From positions 1-60,920 of the forward strand of contig MNEU01000086.1 in NCBI GenBank assembly GCA_001917855.1: a stretch of 60,920 bases of DNA, read 5' to 3'. The stretch comes from Armatimonadetes bacterium 13_1_40CM_64_14 (GTDB lineage Bacteria; Sysuimicrobiota; Sysuimicrobiia; Sysuimicrobiales; Kaftiobacteriaceae). Shown here in pieces: positions 19,102 to 28,380 of this stretch (the stretch's first letter is position 1; each line of letters begins with the position of its first letter). Position numbers and translations under genes: made by a program. The notes under the pieces were generated by a model. That model made no database searches, was not told where the DNA came from, and saw only the letters and a program-made list of their open reading frames with translations.

Positions 19102-19628
19102 CGAGCGAGATGGCCGGGTTCACCCCGGCATACTTCTACGACTATTTGGTCAAGTCACGCGCGAAGCTACTGGACTGGGTCCGGCCGCTAACACTTGACC
19201 AATACACGAAGGAATTCCCGTTTGGGCGGAAGTCGCTCCGCGCTACCTTGGTGGAAATTCCGATGTCGGAGTGGTCGTACATTCGACGCATGCGCGAGGA
19301 ACCCACAGGTCTGAAGTCGCAGGAAGACCACCCCTTCTGGCAATACTACAAGACGGACTTTGCCCCCCTGGAAGCTGCATGGCGGGAGCTGGCAGAGGAT
19401 ACTCGACGCACACTGCGGCGGATCAGCGACTGGTCCAAGCCGGTAGAATATTTACCGAACCCGAAGGTACGCGTCCGGACAATCACCGGTGGGATCGCCG
19501 GCCAGCTGCTGTTCCATGAAATCCACCATCGCGCTCAGGCCATGGCGATGCTGCGCTTGCTGGGGGTCCCGGCAGAAAATCTTGACTACTCGATCCTCAT
19601 GGTCGAGCGGATCCAGCTACCGGTCTGA
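19098..19628 (+). CDS. DinB/YfiT-family protein
   Basis: KSLRATLVEI...EW.Y, HEIHHRAQ...LRLLG; ATGA-coupled to paaA. Confidence 0.85.
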   Translation: MTSEMAGFTPAYFYDYLVKSRAKLLDWVRPLTLDQYTKEFPFGRKSLRATLVEIPMSEWSYIRRMREEPTGLKSQEDHPFWQYYKTDFAPLEAAWRELAEDTRRTLRRISDWSKPVEYLPNPKVRVRTITGGIAGQLLFHEIHHRAQAMAMLRLLGVPAENLDYSILMVERIQLPV

Positions 19629-19645
19629 CCGGGAGGGGAGGGGGC

Positions 19646-19975
19646 ATGCCCCGACTCGTTGAGTTACTGGGGAAGGCTGACGCCGACGCTACCCACCTCT
19701 TTGCAGTTCTTCGGCAGGACTCGAAAAGTGAGTCCCACGTCCACGTAGGAGATGTGCATGCTCCGGACGCCGAGATGGCGCTGATCCTGGCGAAAGAACA
19801 GTTTACCCGCCGTGAGCCGTGTGTGAGCCTGTGGGTCGTCCCCTACAATGCGATCGCCGCCACATCGTACGATGACGTCGATCTGTTCACGCACGTGACC
19901 GATAAGAGCTACCGGTTCGGGGGCTCGTACCGAGAACAGCAGCGTCCGGCAGGCCCCCGCCGAAAGGACCGATGA
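19646..19975 (+). CDS. paaB: phenylacetyl-CoA epoxidase subunit B
   Basis: HVGDVHAPDAEMAL..A...FTRR...LWVV, DKSYR. Confidence 0.9.
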   Translation: MPRLVELLGKADADATHLFAVLRQDSKSESHVHVGDVHAPDAEMALILAKEQFTRREPCVSLWVVPYNAIAATSYDDVDLFTHVTDKSYRFGGSYREQQRPAGPRRKDR

Positions 19976-20766
19976 GCGGAGTGGCCCAAACCGCCGACCT
20001 GGCGCGTCGCGACGTGCGCGACGCGCTCGCCGCCTACCTGGTCGCTCTCGCCGATGATGAGCTCATCATTGGCCATCGCCATTCTGAGTGGACTGGGTTT
20101 GCCCCCGACATCGAGTCTGATATTGCGCTCTCCTCGATCGCCCAAGATGAACTCGGCCACGCTCGCCTCCTGTATGATCACGCAGGCACCCTCTTGAGCC
20201 AAAGCCCTGATGAATTGGCGTTTGGTCGGCAGCCTGCAGCGTTCCGCAACGCCATTCTGGTCGAACGACCCAATAGCGACTGGGGCTATACCATCGTGCG
20301 GCTGTTCCTCTACGACCTCGCAGACCAGGTGCGTTTAGAGGCACTCGCCTCCGGATCTCACCGGCCGCTTGCGGAGTTGGCCGCCGCCGTTCGACGAGAG
20401 GAGAAGTACCATGTGAGTTACGGGGAGCAATGGCTGCGGCGGCTGGCCGGAGGATCAGAGGTCAGTCACACGAGGGTGCAGGAGGCGCTCAACAGGGCAT
20501 GGCCGGAGGCCACAGGGCTGTTTGAGCCGGTGGCGGGACAGCAGACCCTGCTAGAGGCCGGTATCGTCTCGGGATCGGCCTCCGAACAGATGGGGCGGTG
20601 GCATCAGTCGGTGCGGGGTGTCGCTGCCGACATAGGATTACAGGCAGGGAGCGTAGCGCCGCAGGAGGGAGGAGGGGGGAGGACTGGTCGTCACAGTGAA
20701 GACCTCCAAATCCTTCTAGACGAGATGACCTCGGTATGGCGGTCAGACCCCAAGGCAAAGTGGTAA
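19972..20766 (+). CDS. paaC: phenylacetyl-CoA epoxidase subunit C
   Basis: ADDELIIGHR.SEW, D.LGHAR, EEKYH, GR.G.HS, terminal W. Confidence 0.92.
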   Translation: MSGVAQTADLARRDVRDALAAYLVALADDELIIGHRHSEWTGFAPDIESDIALSSIAQDELGHARLLYDHAGTLLSQSPDELAFGRQPAAFRNAILVERPNSDWGYTIVRLFLYDLADQVRLEALASGSHRPLAELAAAVRREEKYHVSYGEQWLRRLAGGSEVSHTRVQEALNRAWPEATGLFEPVAGQQTLLEAGIVSGSASEQMGRWHQSVRGVAADIGLQAGSVAPQEGGGGRTGRHSEDLQILLDEMTSVWRSDPKAKW

Positions 20767-20807
20767 AGCAGACGCTAGCAAGCGTAAGGCCCGGCACGGG
20801 TGAGGCG

Positions 20808-21284
20808 ATGCCAACGAATCAGACGCTGAACGATCAGATCTGGGAGGCTCTTGGAACCGTCCAGGATCCTGAGCTACCGGTGACGGTGACCGATCTCGGT
20901 CTTATCGATGCGGTCACGGTGGATGGCGGACGGGTCCACGTGACGATGATCCCCACGTTCAGCGCCTGCCCCGCAATCGACGTGATGCGCCAAGATATCC
21001 AGAAAACACTGCTCAACGTTCCGGGAGTGCACACCGTCGAAGTCGCGCTCTCATTTGCGGAGCCGTGGACAATAGCACGGATGACCGAACGGGGCCGGCA
21101 GCGCTTGCTTCACCACGGGCTCAGCGTCCCGCTCCGCCACGCGGCAGCGCCCGTTGCGTGCCCGTTCTGCGGGTCAACGAACACCGTGTTGGAGAGTCCG
21201 TTTGGCACCACGCTCTGCCGGTCAATCTATTACTGCCGGGACTGCCGGAACCCGATTGAGCGGTTCAAACCACCGCCAACATAG
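20808..21284 (+). CDS. paaD: PaaD (DUF59 + zinc ribbon)
   Basis: DPELPV...DLG, PTFSACPA, CPFCGS..FG.T.CRSIYYCRDC. Confidence 0.9.
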   Translation: MPTNQTLNDQIWEALGTVQDPELPVTVTDLGLIDAVTVDGGRVHVTMIPTFSACPAIDVMRQDIQKTLLNVPGVHTVEVALSFAEPWTIARMTERGRQRLLHHGLSVPLRHAAAPVACPFCGSTNTVLESPFGTTLCRSIYYCRDCRNPIERFKPPPT

Positions 21285-21311
21285 GCAACTGAGGCAGACA
21301 GGAGCTTTCAT

Positions 21312-21515
21312 ATGATGGCCGTTCGTGAGAAATCCACCGACCGCCAGGGTCGCCCGTTGACGCCCGGAGCCCGAGTGCGAGTTCTCGCGGAGCAGGGGAA
21401 CCCCGAGGCGTCCGTCGTGCGGGTTCTTGACGATTACGAGGTGGTGACAGTGCAATTCGAGAAACCCACGAAAGTCGAACGGATGTACAAGACATCGGAA
21501 GTCGAAGTGGTCTGA
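21312..21515 (+). CDS. small SH3/KOW-like hypothetical protein
   Basis: SD AGGAG; beta-rich PGARVRV...VVRV...VTVQF pattern. Confidence 0.65.
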   Translation: MMAVREKSTDRQGRPLTPGARVRVLAEQGNPEASVVRVLDDYEVVTVQFEKPTKVERMYKTSEVEVV

Positions 21516-22206
21516 ACGGGCGATCCCTGAGTTTACGCTCCAATAGAACCCGCTGGCGCATGGATGTCCAATTGAAAGAAATCCGAACTCGGTAGTGCAA
21601 CCGCCCAGACGGATACCGTCTTTAATCCAATGTCAACTTTCCATTAGTCGGCGGCATCTCATTGAGGCGTCATCGATCAAGGTAGTCAAACACCAACTCT
21701 GTCTCCGCAGGTAGACGCGTCGCTGGCCCCTGATCCGTCCCGAGAATTCGCCGCCATTGGCTCGGGCTCCGTGGTGGGGGGTTGATGGGTCTACCCTGGG
21801 GGTGGGGACCTTTACGAATTTGGGCCGTGCATACCGACCGGGAATTTGAGGCCGCTGTCGCCGTGCCTTCCCGATTGCGAAGTTTACATAACCACCATTA
21901 TCGGAAGTTAGCCAAAGTCAATTACTTCGCCCTTTAGATCGACTCAGGCTGTTGACAGTGGCGGGTAGCCCGCAATTGCACAACTACCAGGACCGGACGA
22001 TCCAGAGGGTCTACGTCTTGACGTCATCCAGCGATTGCCCAGCAACAATAAGCCTGGAATTATGGTCTGGATTCACAGACCCAGAATGAACTTGGAAGAA
22101 ACCGAAGCACTGGCGGCCAAAATAACGGGGTTGCGACCATGAGAAGATTGGTTTACGCATCTGGGGACGCGATTCAGAAGACGACCTCGAACGCGTACTA
22201 ACGCGT

Positions 22207-23133
22207 TTACGGGACAGAGGGCTCGGTGGGGTCGGACTGACCTGCCTGGTTGCCTTCGCCGCTCTCGCGGGCTCGGTTCTCGCTTTCCGCGCGGTCAACG
22301 TCCTGCCACCGAGGCGTCAAGTCAACTTTATAATCGGCAAAACCGAGCTTCAGTTGCCCTTCGAGACGACCTAGTCCTTTAGCGTTGCTATTGGCGAATG
22401 TCGAGAGAAGTTCTTTCCATGCCGGTTTATCACCAACCGTGAGATAAGAGAACTTCATCCCCACCTGGGTCCGCTCGTAGAACACTTGCAACTCATGAAC
22501 TAAGCCGGATTCATCTGTCACCACCTTGAGTGCATAGGGTTGACCGGGTCGTTTGATCCAGCTTTGCATCGAGGGAGCAGTGAACAGCCACCGGGCGATC
22601 GCCCGTCGGGAAGACACATCCTGCTTGTCTACCGATCGGCCGAACCGCGTGATCGCCTCATCGACTAGGTCGCGCCGGAGACCGACGAGAACGTACTGGC
22701 CTCCCGCCAGTTCTTCGGAGATAAACACATCGTAGTTCTGGAAGCTCTCGAAGGCTTCGGATTGTGCCTCAACCCTTTGTTCGATCGAAGCGCGTGCGGC
22801 TCCTGAGAACGGTCGCAGCAGCCATGGCAGCTCAAGCTCTTGAACCGTGACTCTCCACCGCCTTGACCCCGGCGTGCGCCATTCACGGAAGATGCCAGCC
22901 GCCGTTCCGGCGATGAAGCCCCCACCGGTTGTTAGCGAGAACATTCCCCGAGCATGGGCCTGAAGTTCATAGGCGGCCGCGTCCTTCGTGCCGAAGATTT
23001 GAGCGATGAGCGTCTCCACGGGCTCCTGCGCACGCGCCGGCACCCCGACTTGAGCCGCCAGCATCATGAGGACTGCAGCAATGAAGTATATAACCGTCGC
23101 TAGATTCGGTAGCCAATGCAGCCCGCGCTTCAC
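22207..23133 (-). CDS. hypothetical exported protein
   Basis: Long ORF; from GTG 23133 it has a signal-peptide-like N-terminus (MKRGLHW...VPARA|Q); no family recognised. Confidence 0.6.
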   Translation of the reverse strand: MKRGLHWLPNLATVIYFIAAVLMMLAAQVGVPARAQEPVETLIAQIFGTKDAAAYELQAHARGMFSLTTGGGFIAGTAAGIFREWRTPGSRRWRVTVQELELPWLLRPFSGAARASIEQRVEAQSEAFESFQNYDVFISEELAGGQYVLVGLRRDLVDEAITRFGRSVDKQDVSSRRAIARWLFTAPSMQSWIKRPGQPYALKVVTDESGLVHELQVFYERTQVGMKFSYLTVGDKPAWKELLSTFANSNAKGLGRLEGQLKLGFADYKVDLTPRWQDVDRAESENRARESGEGNQAGQSDPTEPSVP

Positions 23134-23289
23134 AAGACGCCCGTCCGTCTTAGCTAGAGTTCCGCAGTGGCTGGTTATGAGCAAGATCATTGCCGCCACC
23201 AAATCTTCCTCAGCAATCATTTGTCTGTTTCCCCAGGTAAACCTACTTGATTGAGAGACGAAGTGGCGCTGGTGGGAACGCACTTTCTA

Positions 23290-23303
23290 CGAACAGGTGT
23301 TTG
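23290..23303 (+). promoter_or_regulatory. LexA (Gram-positive/Cheo-type) SOS box
   Basis: CGAACAGGTGTTTG matches GAAC-N4-GTTY and overlaps the lexA -35. Confidence 0.8.
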
Positions 23304-23329
23304 CCAATGGCGGGCGCTTATGCTATACT
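23301..23329 (+). promoter_or_regulatory. lexA promoter
   Basis: TTGCCA-17 nt-TATACT with an extended -10 TG. Confidence 0.75.
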
Positions 23330-23392
23330 CCCAGGTGCAGCATTTCCAGTTTCATACAAGGGAGTTTCGGCCAAGCGCGGAGGGAACCAGGC

Positions 23393-24007
23393 ATGGGCAA
23401 AGGCCTCACGCGGCGCCAGCGCGAGATCCTCACATTCGTGCAACGGTATGCGGACGCCCACGGATATCCGCCCTCCGTGCGCGAAATCGGGCAAGCTTTG
23501 GGGCTGACCAGCAGTTCAACCGTGCACAGTCACTTAGCGGCTCTCGAACGCAAAGGGTACCTGCGACGAGACCCAAGCAAACCACGCGCTCTGGAAGTCC
23601 TCCGAGATGAGCATGAAGTTCCCACCAAGAAGGTTATTCCTGTTCCGATCATCGGCCGGGTCGCTGCCGGCCAACCCATTCTTGCCCAGCAAAACATCGA
23701 AGATTACTTCCCCCTTCCCGTCGATTTCGTCCATACGGACGAGTGCTTCATCTTGCGGGTCAGCGGGGATAGCATGATCAACGCAGGGATCTACGACGGA
23801 GACTTGCTCGTGGTCCGACGGCAGCAGACAGCAGACAATGGCGACATCGTCGTGGCGCGCCTCGAGGATGAGGCCACAGTGAAGCGATTCTTTAAGGAAG
23901 ACGATCGGGTACGTCTCCAGCCCGAGAACCCCACGATGGAACCGATCTACACCCGCGATATGACGATCGAGGGCGTCGCCCTCGCAGTCATCCGCAAGCT
24001 CCACTGA
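23393..24007 (+). CDS. lexA: SOS repressor LexA
   Basis: [22 protein letters not shown] cleavage site, GDSM, TVKR. Confidence 0.97.
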   Translation: MGKGLTRRQREILTFVQRYADAHGYPPSVREIGQALGLTSSSTVHSHLAALERKGYLRRDPSKPRALEVLRDEHEVPTKKVIPVPIIGRVAAGQPILAQQNIEDYFPLPVDFVHTDECFILRVSGDSMINAGIYDGDLLVVRRQQTADNGDIVVARLEDEATVKRFFKEDDRVRLQPENPTMEPIYTRDMTIEGVALAVIRKLH

Positions 24008-24018
24008 CCCAGCGAGTC

Positions 24019-24408
24019 TTAAGAGGACGGGGCTGGGGTCTCGACTTCCAAGATGCCCGCGGGGCCCCGGAGCGTTGCGACCCACTGGTTCAGCAAATCA
24101 CGCCCCACCAGCGCTTCCCCGCCTAGGGCGAGCACTTGAATAGGCCACTGGGATCCGCCCACTTCCACGACCGCCGCATGGACCATCGCCCGCTGGCTGA
24201 GCCCACCTGTCCCTGCTACGGCCACTTCGGCCAAGACTGGCAGGTCGAGACGCATGGCGAGAGCCGGGGGGATCACGGTCGCGTCGGCCCCTGTGTCTAC
24301 TAGGGCGGCGAGGAGGACGTTCGGATCCGTGCCTGGCCGACCCAGCCGGATCGGAAGAATTGGCGCGGGCGGGGTACGCTGCGGATCGTAGGCGACGTGG
24401 ACCCTCAC
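24019..24408 (-). CDS. retropepsin-like (clan AA) aspartyl protease
   Basis: ALVDTGAD and LVGRDLL motifs; GTGA-coupled to the upstream gene. Confidence 0.88.
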   Translation of the reverse strand: MRVHVAYDPQRTPPAPILPIRLGRPGTDPNVLLAALVDTGADATVIPPALAMRLDLPVLAEVAVAGTGGLSQRAMVHAAVVEVGGSQWPIQVLALGGEALVGRDLLNQWVATLRGPAGILEVETPAPSS

Positions 24409-24818
24409 GGTGCGATTCTCGGTGAGCGGAGGTGCACGACTCGTTCCTGTGCCGTGACTTGGGGCATGGCGATCGACCGCACGCCGTACTTGGCAAAGAC
24501 GCGCTGCGCGAGGCCTGCAAACTCGCGATCGTGGTCTACGACCTTCCGGTTCAGGATGGCCACGAATTCGTTGGGGTAGCGCCGCAGCAGGCGGTGACGG
24601 TTCGCCTCAAACCACTCCAGATCGGGCCGGATCGCCTCGATGCCATCCGAGTGGTCCGTACGTGCGGCTCTCTGGCGCAGGGCCGTAGCCAACGCTTCCT
24701 TCGTGAACGCGGTTAAGCTCATCCCCCGCCGGGCGGCCTCTGCTTTGGCTTCTCGCGTCAGCTGACGCGGGATCCCCCGCAGGTACAGGGTTCCGGTTGG
24801 GTCCTGGGAGTTCGCCAT
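24405..24818 (-). CDS. ribbon-helix-helix + DUF5678-like protein
   Basis: N-terminus LYLRGIPRQL..EAK.EAARRGMSL is RHH-like; C-terminus WFEANR..LLRRYPNEFVAI...VVDHD resembles DUF5678. Confidence 0.75.
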   Translation of the reverse strand: MANSQDPTGTLYLRGIPRQLTREAKAEAARRGMSLTAFTKEALATALRQRAARTDHSDGIEAIRPDLEWFEANRHRLLRRYPNEFVAILNRKVVDHDREFAGLAQRVFAKYGVRSIAMPQVTAQERVVHLRSPRIAP

Positions 24819-24832
24819 CAGCTGCTCACCTC

Positions 24833-24868
24833 TGTTAGCATTATAACGTTGCTAACAAGCCCAGGCAA
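24833..24868 (-). promoter_or_regulatory. promoter with overlapping palindromic operator
   Basis: Minus strand TTGCCT-17 nt-TATAAT; inverted repeat TGTTAGCA-N9-TGCTAACA at 24833-24857. Confidence 0.75.
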
Positions 24869-24914
24869 CGGGGGAGTCCCCCGCCCGTCCAACTGGCGAA
24901 GCAATCGGAGATGG

Positions 24915-26204
24915 CTATTCGGTGCCGTTGAAGAGGTTGCGCAAGCGCTGGGCCTGCGGCCGTGGGAGCTCCGCTTCGACGGCAATCCCCTGCTCGAGAT
25001 ATTCCTGCGTGAGGATCCGCCCCTGGGCGCTGATGTCCGCGAGTGTCTTCGCCTGCGGATACGGCACGAGGATCCGCACGCGCTCCAGTGGATCAAGGTG
25101 CTGTGCGATGTCTCGCAGCAGGTTGATGAGCCCGACCTTATGAACGGCAGAGATGGCCACCCCCTGCCCTATCTCTCCTAGGATCTCGCGTGCGCGCGTG
25201 TTGGACAGACGGTCCGCCTTATTGAACGCGTAGACGAGGGGTTTGTCGGCCGCATGTAGTTCCTTCAGGACGACATTCACCGCAGTAATCTGCTCACGCC
25301 AGCGCGGATGGCTAGCATCGACCACATGGACCAGGAGATCGGCCGCAGTCACTTCCTCCAAGGTGGCCCGAAACGCCGCGACCAACTGGTGCGGCAGGTG
25401 CGAGATGAACCCCACGGTATCCACCACAAGCACCGGGCGGTGGTTAGGGAGCGTGACCTTGCGCACGGTGGGGTCGAGCGTGGCAAACAACTTATCTTCC
25501 ACGAACACGCCGGCATCGGTCAGCGCGTTAAGCAGCGAGGATTTCCCAGCATTCGTGTACCCGACTAGCGCCACCACCGGAAACTGGTCCCGGGCCCTAC
25601 GTTGCAGCGCTCGATGTCGACTGATATCGCCGATTTCACGTTTCAGGTCAGTGATGCGTTTGCGGATTCGCCGGCGGTCCACCTCCAGTTTGGTTTCTCC
25701 GGGACCCCGGGTCCCAATCCCACCCCCTAATCGAGACAACCACACGCCCCGACCGGTCAGACGAGGGAGCAGGTATGTCATTTGCGCCAAATCGACCTGC
25801 AGGCGGCCCTCTTTCGTCTTTGCGCGGCGGGCAAAGATGTCCAAGACGAGAGCCGTGCGATCGATCACCTTGGTCTCCAGCCGACGCTCCAGATTGCGTT
25901 GCTGCGCCGGGGTGAGGTCCCCGTCGACGATGATGAGATCCGCGTCGTGCTCGTAGATGTCATCTTTGACCTCGTCGACTTTGCCCGTCCCAATGTAGGT
26001 GGCGGGATCGGGGGCCGTACGCGTCTGCATCACTTGGGCGACCACTACGGCGGATGCGGAGTCTGCCAGGCGTGCGAGTTCGTGCAGATCAGGCTCCTGA
26101 CCGTCCTGAGAGCGCGAGAGACCCACCAGGATAGCCCGTTCGGCCCCTGGGAGGCCCTCAGCCCGTGACCTCGGGCTCGGGCGGCGTGCAGGCCCCTGCC
26201 CTAT
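24915..26204 (-). CDS. hflX: ribosome-splitting GTPase HflX (start uncertain, possibly ATA)
   Basis: ERAILVG, GIGTRGPGETKLE, GYTNAGKS, LFATLD, DTVGF, NKAD. Confidence 0.95.
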   Translation of the reverse strand: MGQGPARRPSPRSRAEGLPGAERAILVGLSRSQDGQEPDLHELARLADSASAVVVAQVMQTRTAPDPATYIGTGKVDEVKDDIYEHDADLIIVDGDLTPAQQRNLERRLETKVIDRTALVLDIFARRAKTKEGRLQVDLAQMTYLLPRLTGRGVWLSRLGGGIGTRGPGETKLEVDRRRIRKRITDLKREIGDISRHRALQRRARDQFPVVALVGYTNAGKSSLLNALTDAGVFVEDKLFATLDPTVRKVTLPNHRPVLVVDTVGFISHLPHQLVAAFRATLEEVTAADLLVHVVDASHPRWREQITAVNVVLKELHAADKPLVYAFNKADRLSNTRAREILGEIGQGVAISAVHKVGLINLLRDIAQHLDPLERVRILVPYPQAKTLADISAQGRILTQEYLEQGIAVEAELPRPQAQRLRNLFNGTE

Positions 26205-27415
26205 CGCGCGGGCCTCGCGGATGGCGATCCCTCGGCAGCCCCCCGCTGTGGCACTCGCCCAAAGGCTTTGGTCAGGCGGCGGAGGGCTTCGTCCAATCGG
26301 TCGTCTGGTGTGGTTAACGAGATACGCACGTACCCCTCCCCCCGTGCCCCATAGCCGATCCCGGGAGTAATCACGACCCCGGTCTTCTCCAGGACCGTGG
26401 CCGCGAACTGGGCTGACGACATCCCTCCTGGTACGGGGAGCCATACATAAAATGTCGCCTTTAGGTCGGCGGCTTGCCAACCCAAGGACCGAAGCGTGCG
26501 GATGACGCGGTCCCGGCGCGCTTGGTAGATCCGCAGACGTTGAGGCAGGTGGTCCTGCGGCCCCTCCAGGGCGGCTACGCCAGCGTGCTGGACTGCTTGG
26601 AACACGCCCGAGTCTACGTTGGTCTTGATCTTTGCCAGGGCACCCACGGCGGCGGCATTGCCGCAGACAAACCCCACGCGCCAACCTGTCATGCCGTAGG
26701 TCTTGGAAAGCGAGTGGAACTCGATGGCCACATCCGCAGCCCCCGGGACCTGCAAAACGCTGGGGGGGCGGTAGCCGTCGTAGGCGATCTCCGAGTAGGA
26801 GTTGTCGTGGGCCAGGATCAGATCGTACTTGCGGGCAAACTGGACCGCCTCATCAAAGAATTCGCGTGGGGCGGTCGCCCCCGTGGGGTTGTTCGGGTAG
26901 TTGAGGAAAAGAATCTTGGCGCTGCGCGCGACGGCCGCGGGCACCGCCCCCAATTCGGGCAGGAAGCCGCGCTCGGGAAGCAGCGGCACCGGGTGCGGCA
27001 CGCCGTCAGCGAGGATCGTCGCGGAGCGGTAAACCGGGTACCCTGGGTCGGGCACGAGCGATCCGTCGCCGGGATTCAGAATCGCCCAAGGCAAGTGCGC
27101 CAGACCCTCCTTGGATCCAATCAGGGCGAGCACTTCTCGATCCGGGTCTACGGTAACCCCAAAGCGCCGGCCATACCATCGCGCCACGGCGGTTTTGAAC
27201 GCCTGCGTGCCGCTATACGGTGGGTAGCGATGCGTGCGCGGGTCGCTCGCGCCCTCCATGAGCGCGTCGACAATGTGCGCCGGGGTAGGGAGATCGGGGT
27301 CGCCGATCCCGAGGTTAATGACGTCCACGCCCTTGGCCTGGAGTTCTTCCTGCTTGCGGTCCAGGTCCGCAAAGAGGTACGCCCCGATTTGCTCCAGCCG
27401 CCGTGCAACCTGCAT
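26201..27415 (-). CDS. dapL: LL-diaminopimelate aminotransferase
   Basis: YLFA, LGIGDPD, LIGSKEG, NYPNNPTG, HSLSKT..MTGWRVG, KTNVDSG. Confidence 0.88.
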   Translation of the reverse strand: MQVARRLEQIGAYLFADLDRKQEELQAKGVDVINLGIGDPDLPTPAHIVDALMEGASDPRTHRYPPYSGTQAFKTAVARWYGRRFGVTVDPDREVLALIGSKEGLAHLPWAILNPGDGSLVPDPGYPVYRSATILADGVPHPVPLLPERGFLPELGAVPAAVARSAKILFLNYPNNPTGATAPREFFDEAVQFARKYDLILAHDNSYSEIAYDGYRPPSVLQVPGAADVAIEFHSLSKTYGMTGWRVGFVCGNAAAVGALAKIKTNVDSGVFQAVQHAGVAALEGPQDHLPQRLRIYQARRDRVIRTLRSLGWQAADLKATFYVWLPVPGGMSSAQFAATVLEKTGVVITPGIGYGARGEGYVRISLTTPDDRLDEALRRLTKAFGRVPQRGAAEGSPSARPAR

Positions 27416-27457
27416 GCCTCACCCTCCTGGTGCGCGTGGTCCGTCTGTCGCTTTCTG

Positions 27458-28375
27458 TCACTGTATCATGCGATCGATCTCCTCTGCCACCTGGTCGGAT
27501 GTTAGCCTCGTGACATCCAGCCACCGGATGCGACTATCCCGGCGGAACCAAGTGAACTGGCGCTTGGCCAAGTGACGGGTGTTGCGCTTAAGACGGCGCC
27601 CGGCCTCTTCAAGTCCCACTCGCCCCTGCAGATACTCGACGATTTCTTTGTAGCCGAGGCCGCGCATCGCGGGCAACGTCGGGGCGTATCCCCGCGCCAG
27701 CAGCTGCTCGACCTCGGCAACGAGACCCGCCGCCAGTTGCTCATCCACGCGGGCATCGATCCGCGAATATAGAGCCTCTCGGTCCATCGTCAGCCCGACC
27801 TGCACGGCCGCCCCGATAGGATCCGTGCGCTGCAGGAAGGAAATGGGCTGGCCGGTCCTTTCGTAGACTTCCAGGGCCCGCACCAGGCGACGGATGTTGC
27901 GGGGATGGATGCGCGCGGCGGCCTGCGGGTCGACCTGTTGCAGCTTGGCGTGGAGCTGCCCCGGACGCGCGCGCTCGTCCGCTTCCATCTGCGCACGCAA
28001 AGCTGCGTCTGGAGGAACCTCCGGGATTGTAAACCCGTCCACAACTGCGCGGATATACAATCCACTACCTCCTATTAGGAGGGGCACACGACGACGGGTG
28101 CGGAGGTCGGTGATGACCTGGACAGCGTGGTCGCGATAGGTGGCCAGCGTCACGACCTGGTCGGGCTCGGCAATATCCAGCAAGTGGTGGGGAACGCGCG
28201 CCCGCTGGGCCGGCGTGGGCTTGGCGGTGCCAATATCCATCCCGCGGTACACGGTGCGCGAGTCGGCGCACACGATCTCTGCGTCGAGGCGCGGGGCGAG
28301 GGTAATTGCTGCATCCGTTTTTCCGACCGCAGTCGGCCCGCAGACGACAACTAGCGGCGGCCCCACCTCTAGCAC
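27458..28375 (-). CDS. miaA: tRNA dimethylallyltransferase
   Basis: GPTAVGKT, DS..VYRGMDIGTAKP, GGSGLY, AKRQ.TW; start approximate. Confidence 0.95.
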   Translation of the reverse strand: MLEVGPPLVVVCGPTAVGKTDAAITLAPRLDAEIVCADSRTVYRGMDIGTAKPTPAQRARVPHHLLDIAEPDQVVTLATYRDHAVQVITDLRTRRRVPLLIGGSGLYIRAVVDGFTIPEVPPDAALRAQMEADERARPGQLHAKLQQVDPQAAARIHPRNIRRLVRALEVYERTGQPISFLQRTDPIGAAVQVGLTMDREALYSRIDARVDEQLAAGLVAEVEQLLARGYAPTLPAMRGLGYKEIVEYLQGRVGLEEAGRRLKRNTRHLAKRQFTWFRRDSRIRWLDVTRLTSDQVAEEIDRMIQ

Positions 28376-28380
28376 GGACC

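Noticed and set aside
21822-21830. GGGCCGTGC match to the tRNA-Sec 3' region as a possible att site
   Set aside because: Only 9 bp in GC-rich DNA, a similar match occurs inside the IS, and core genes lie between it and the island.
26205-26684. 160-aa N-terminal extension of HflX in the ORF track
   Set aside because: Lies inside dapL in another frame and has no HflX-like sequence.
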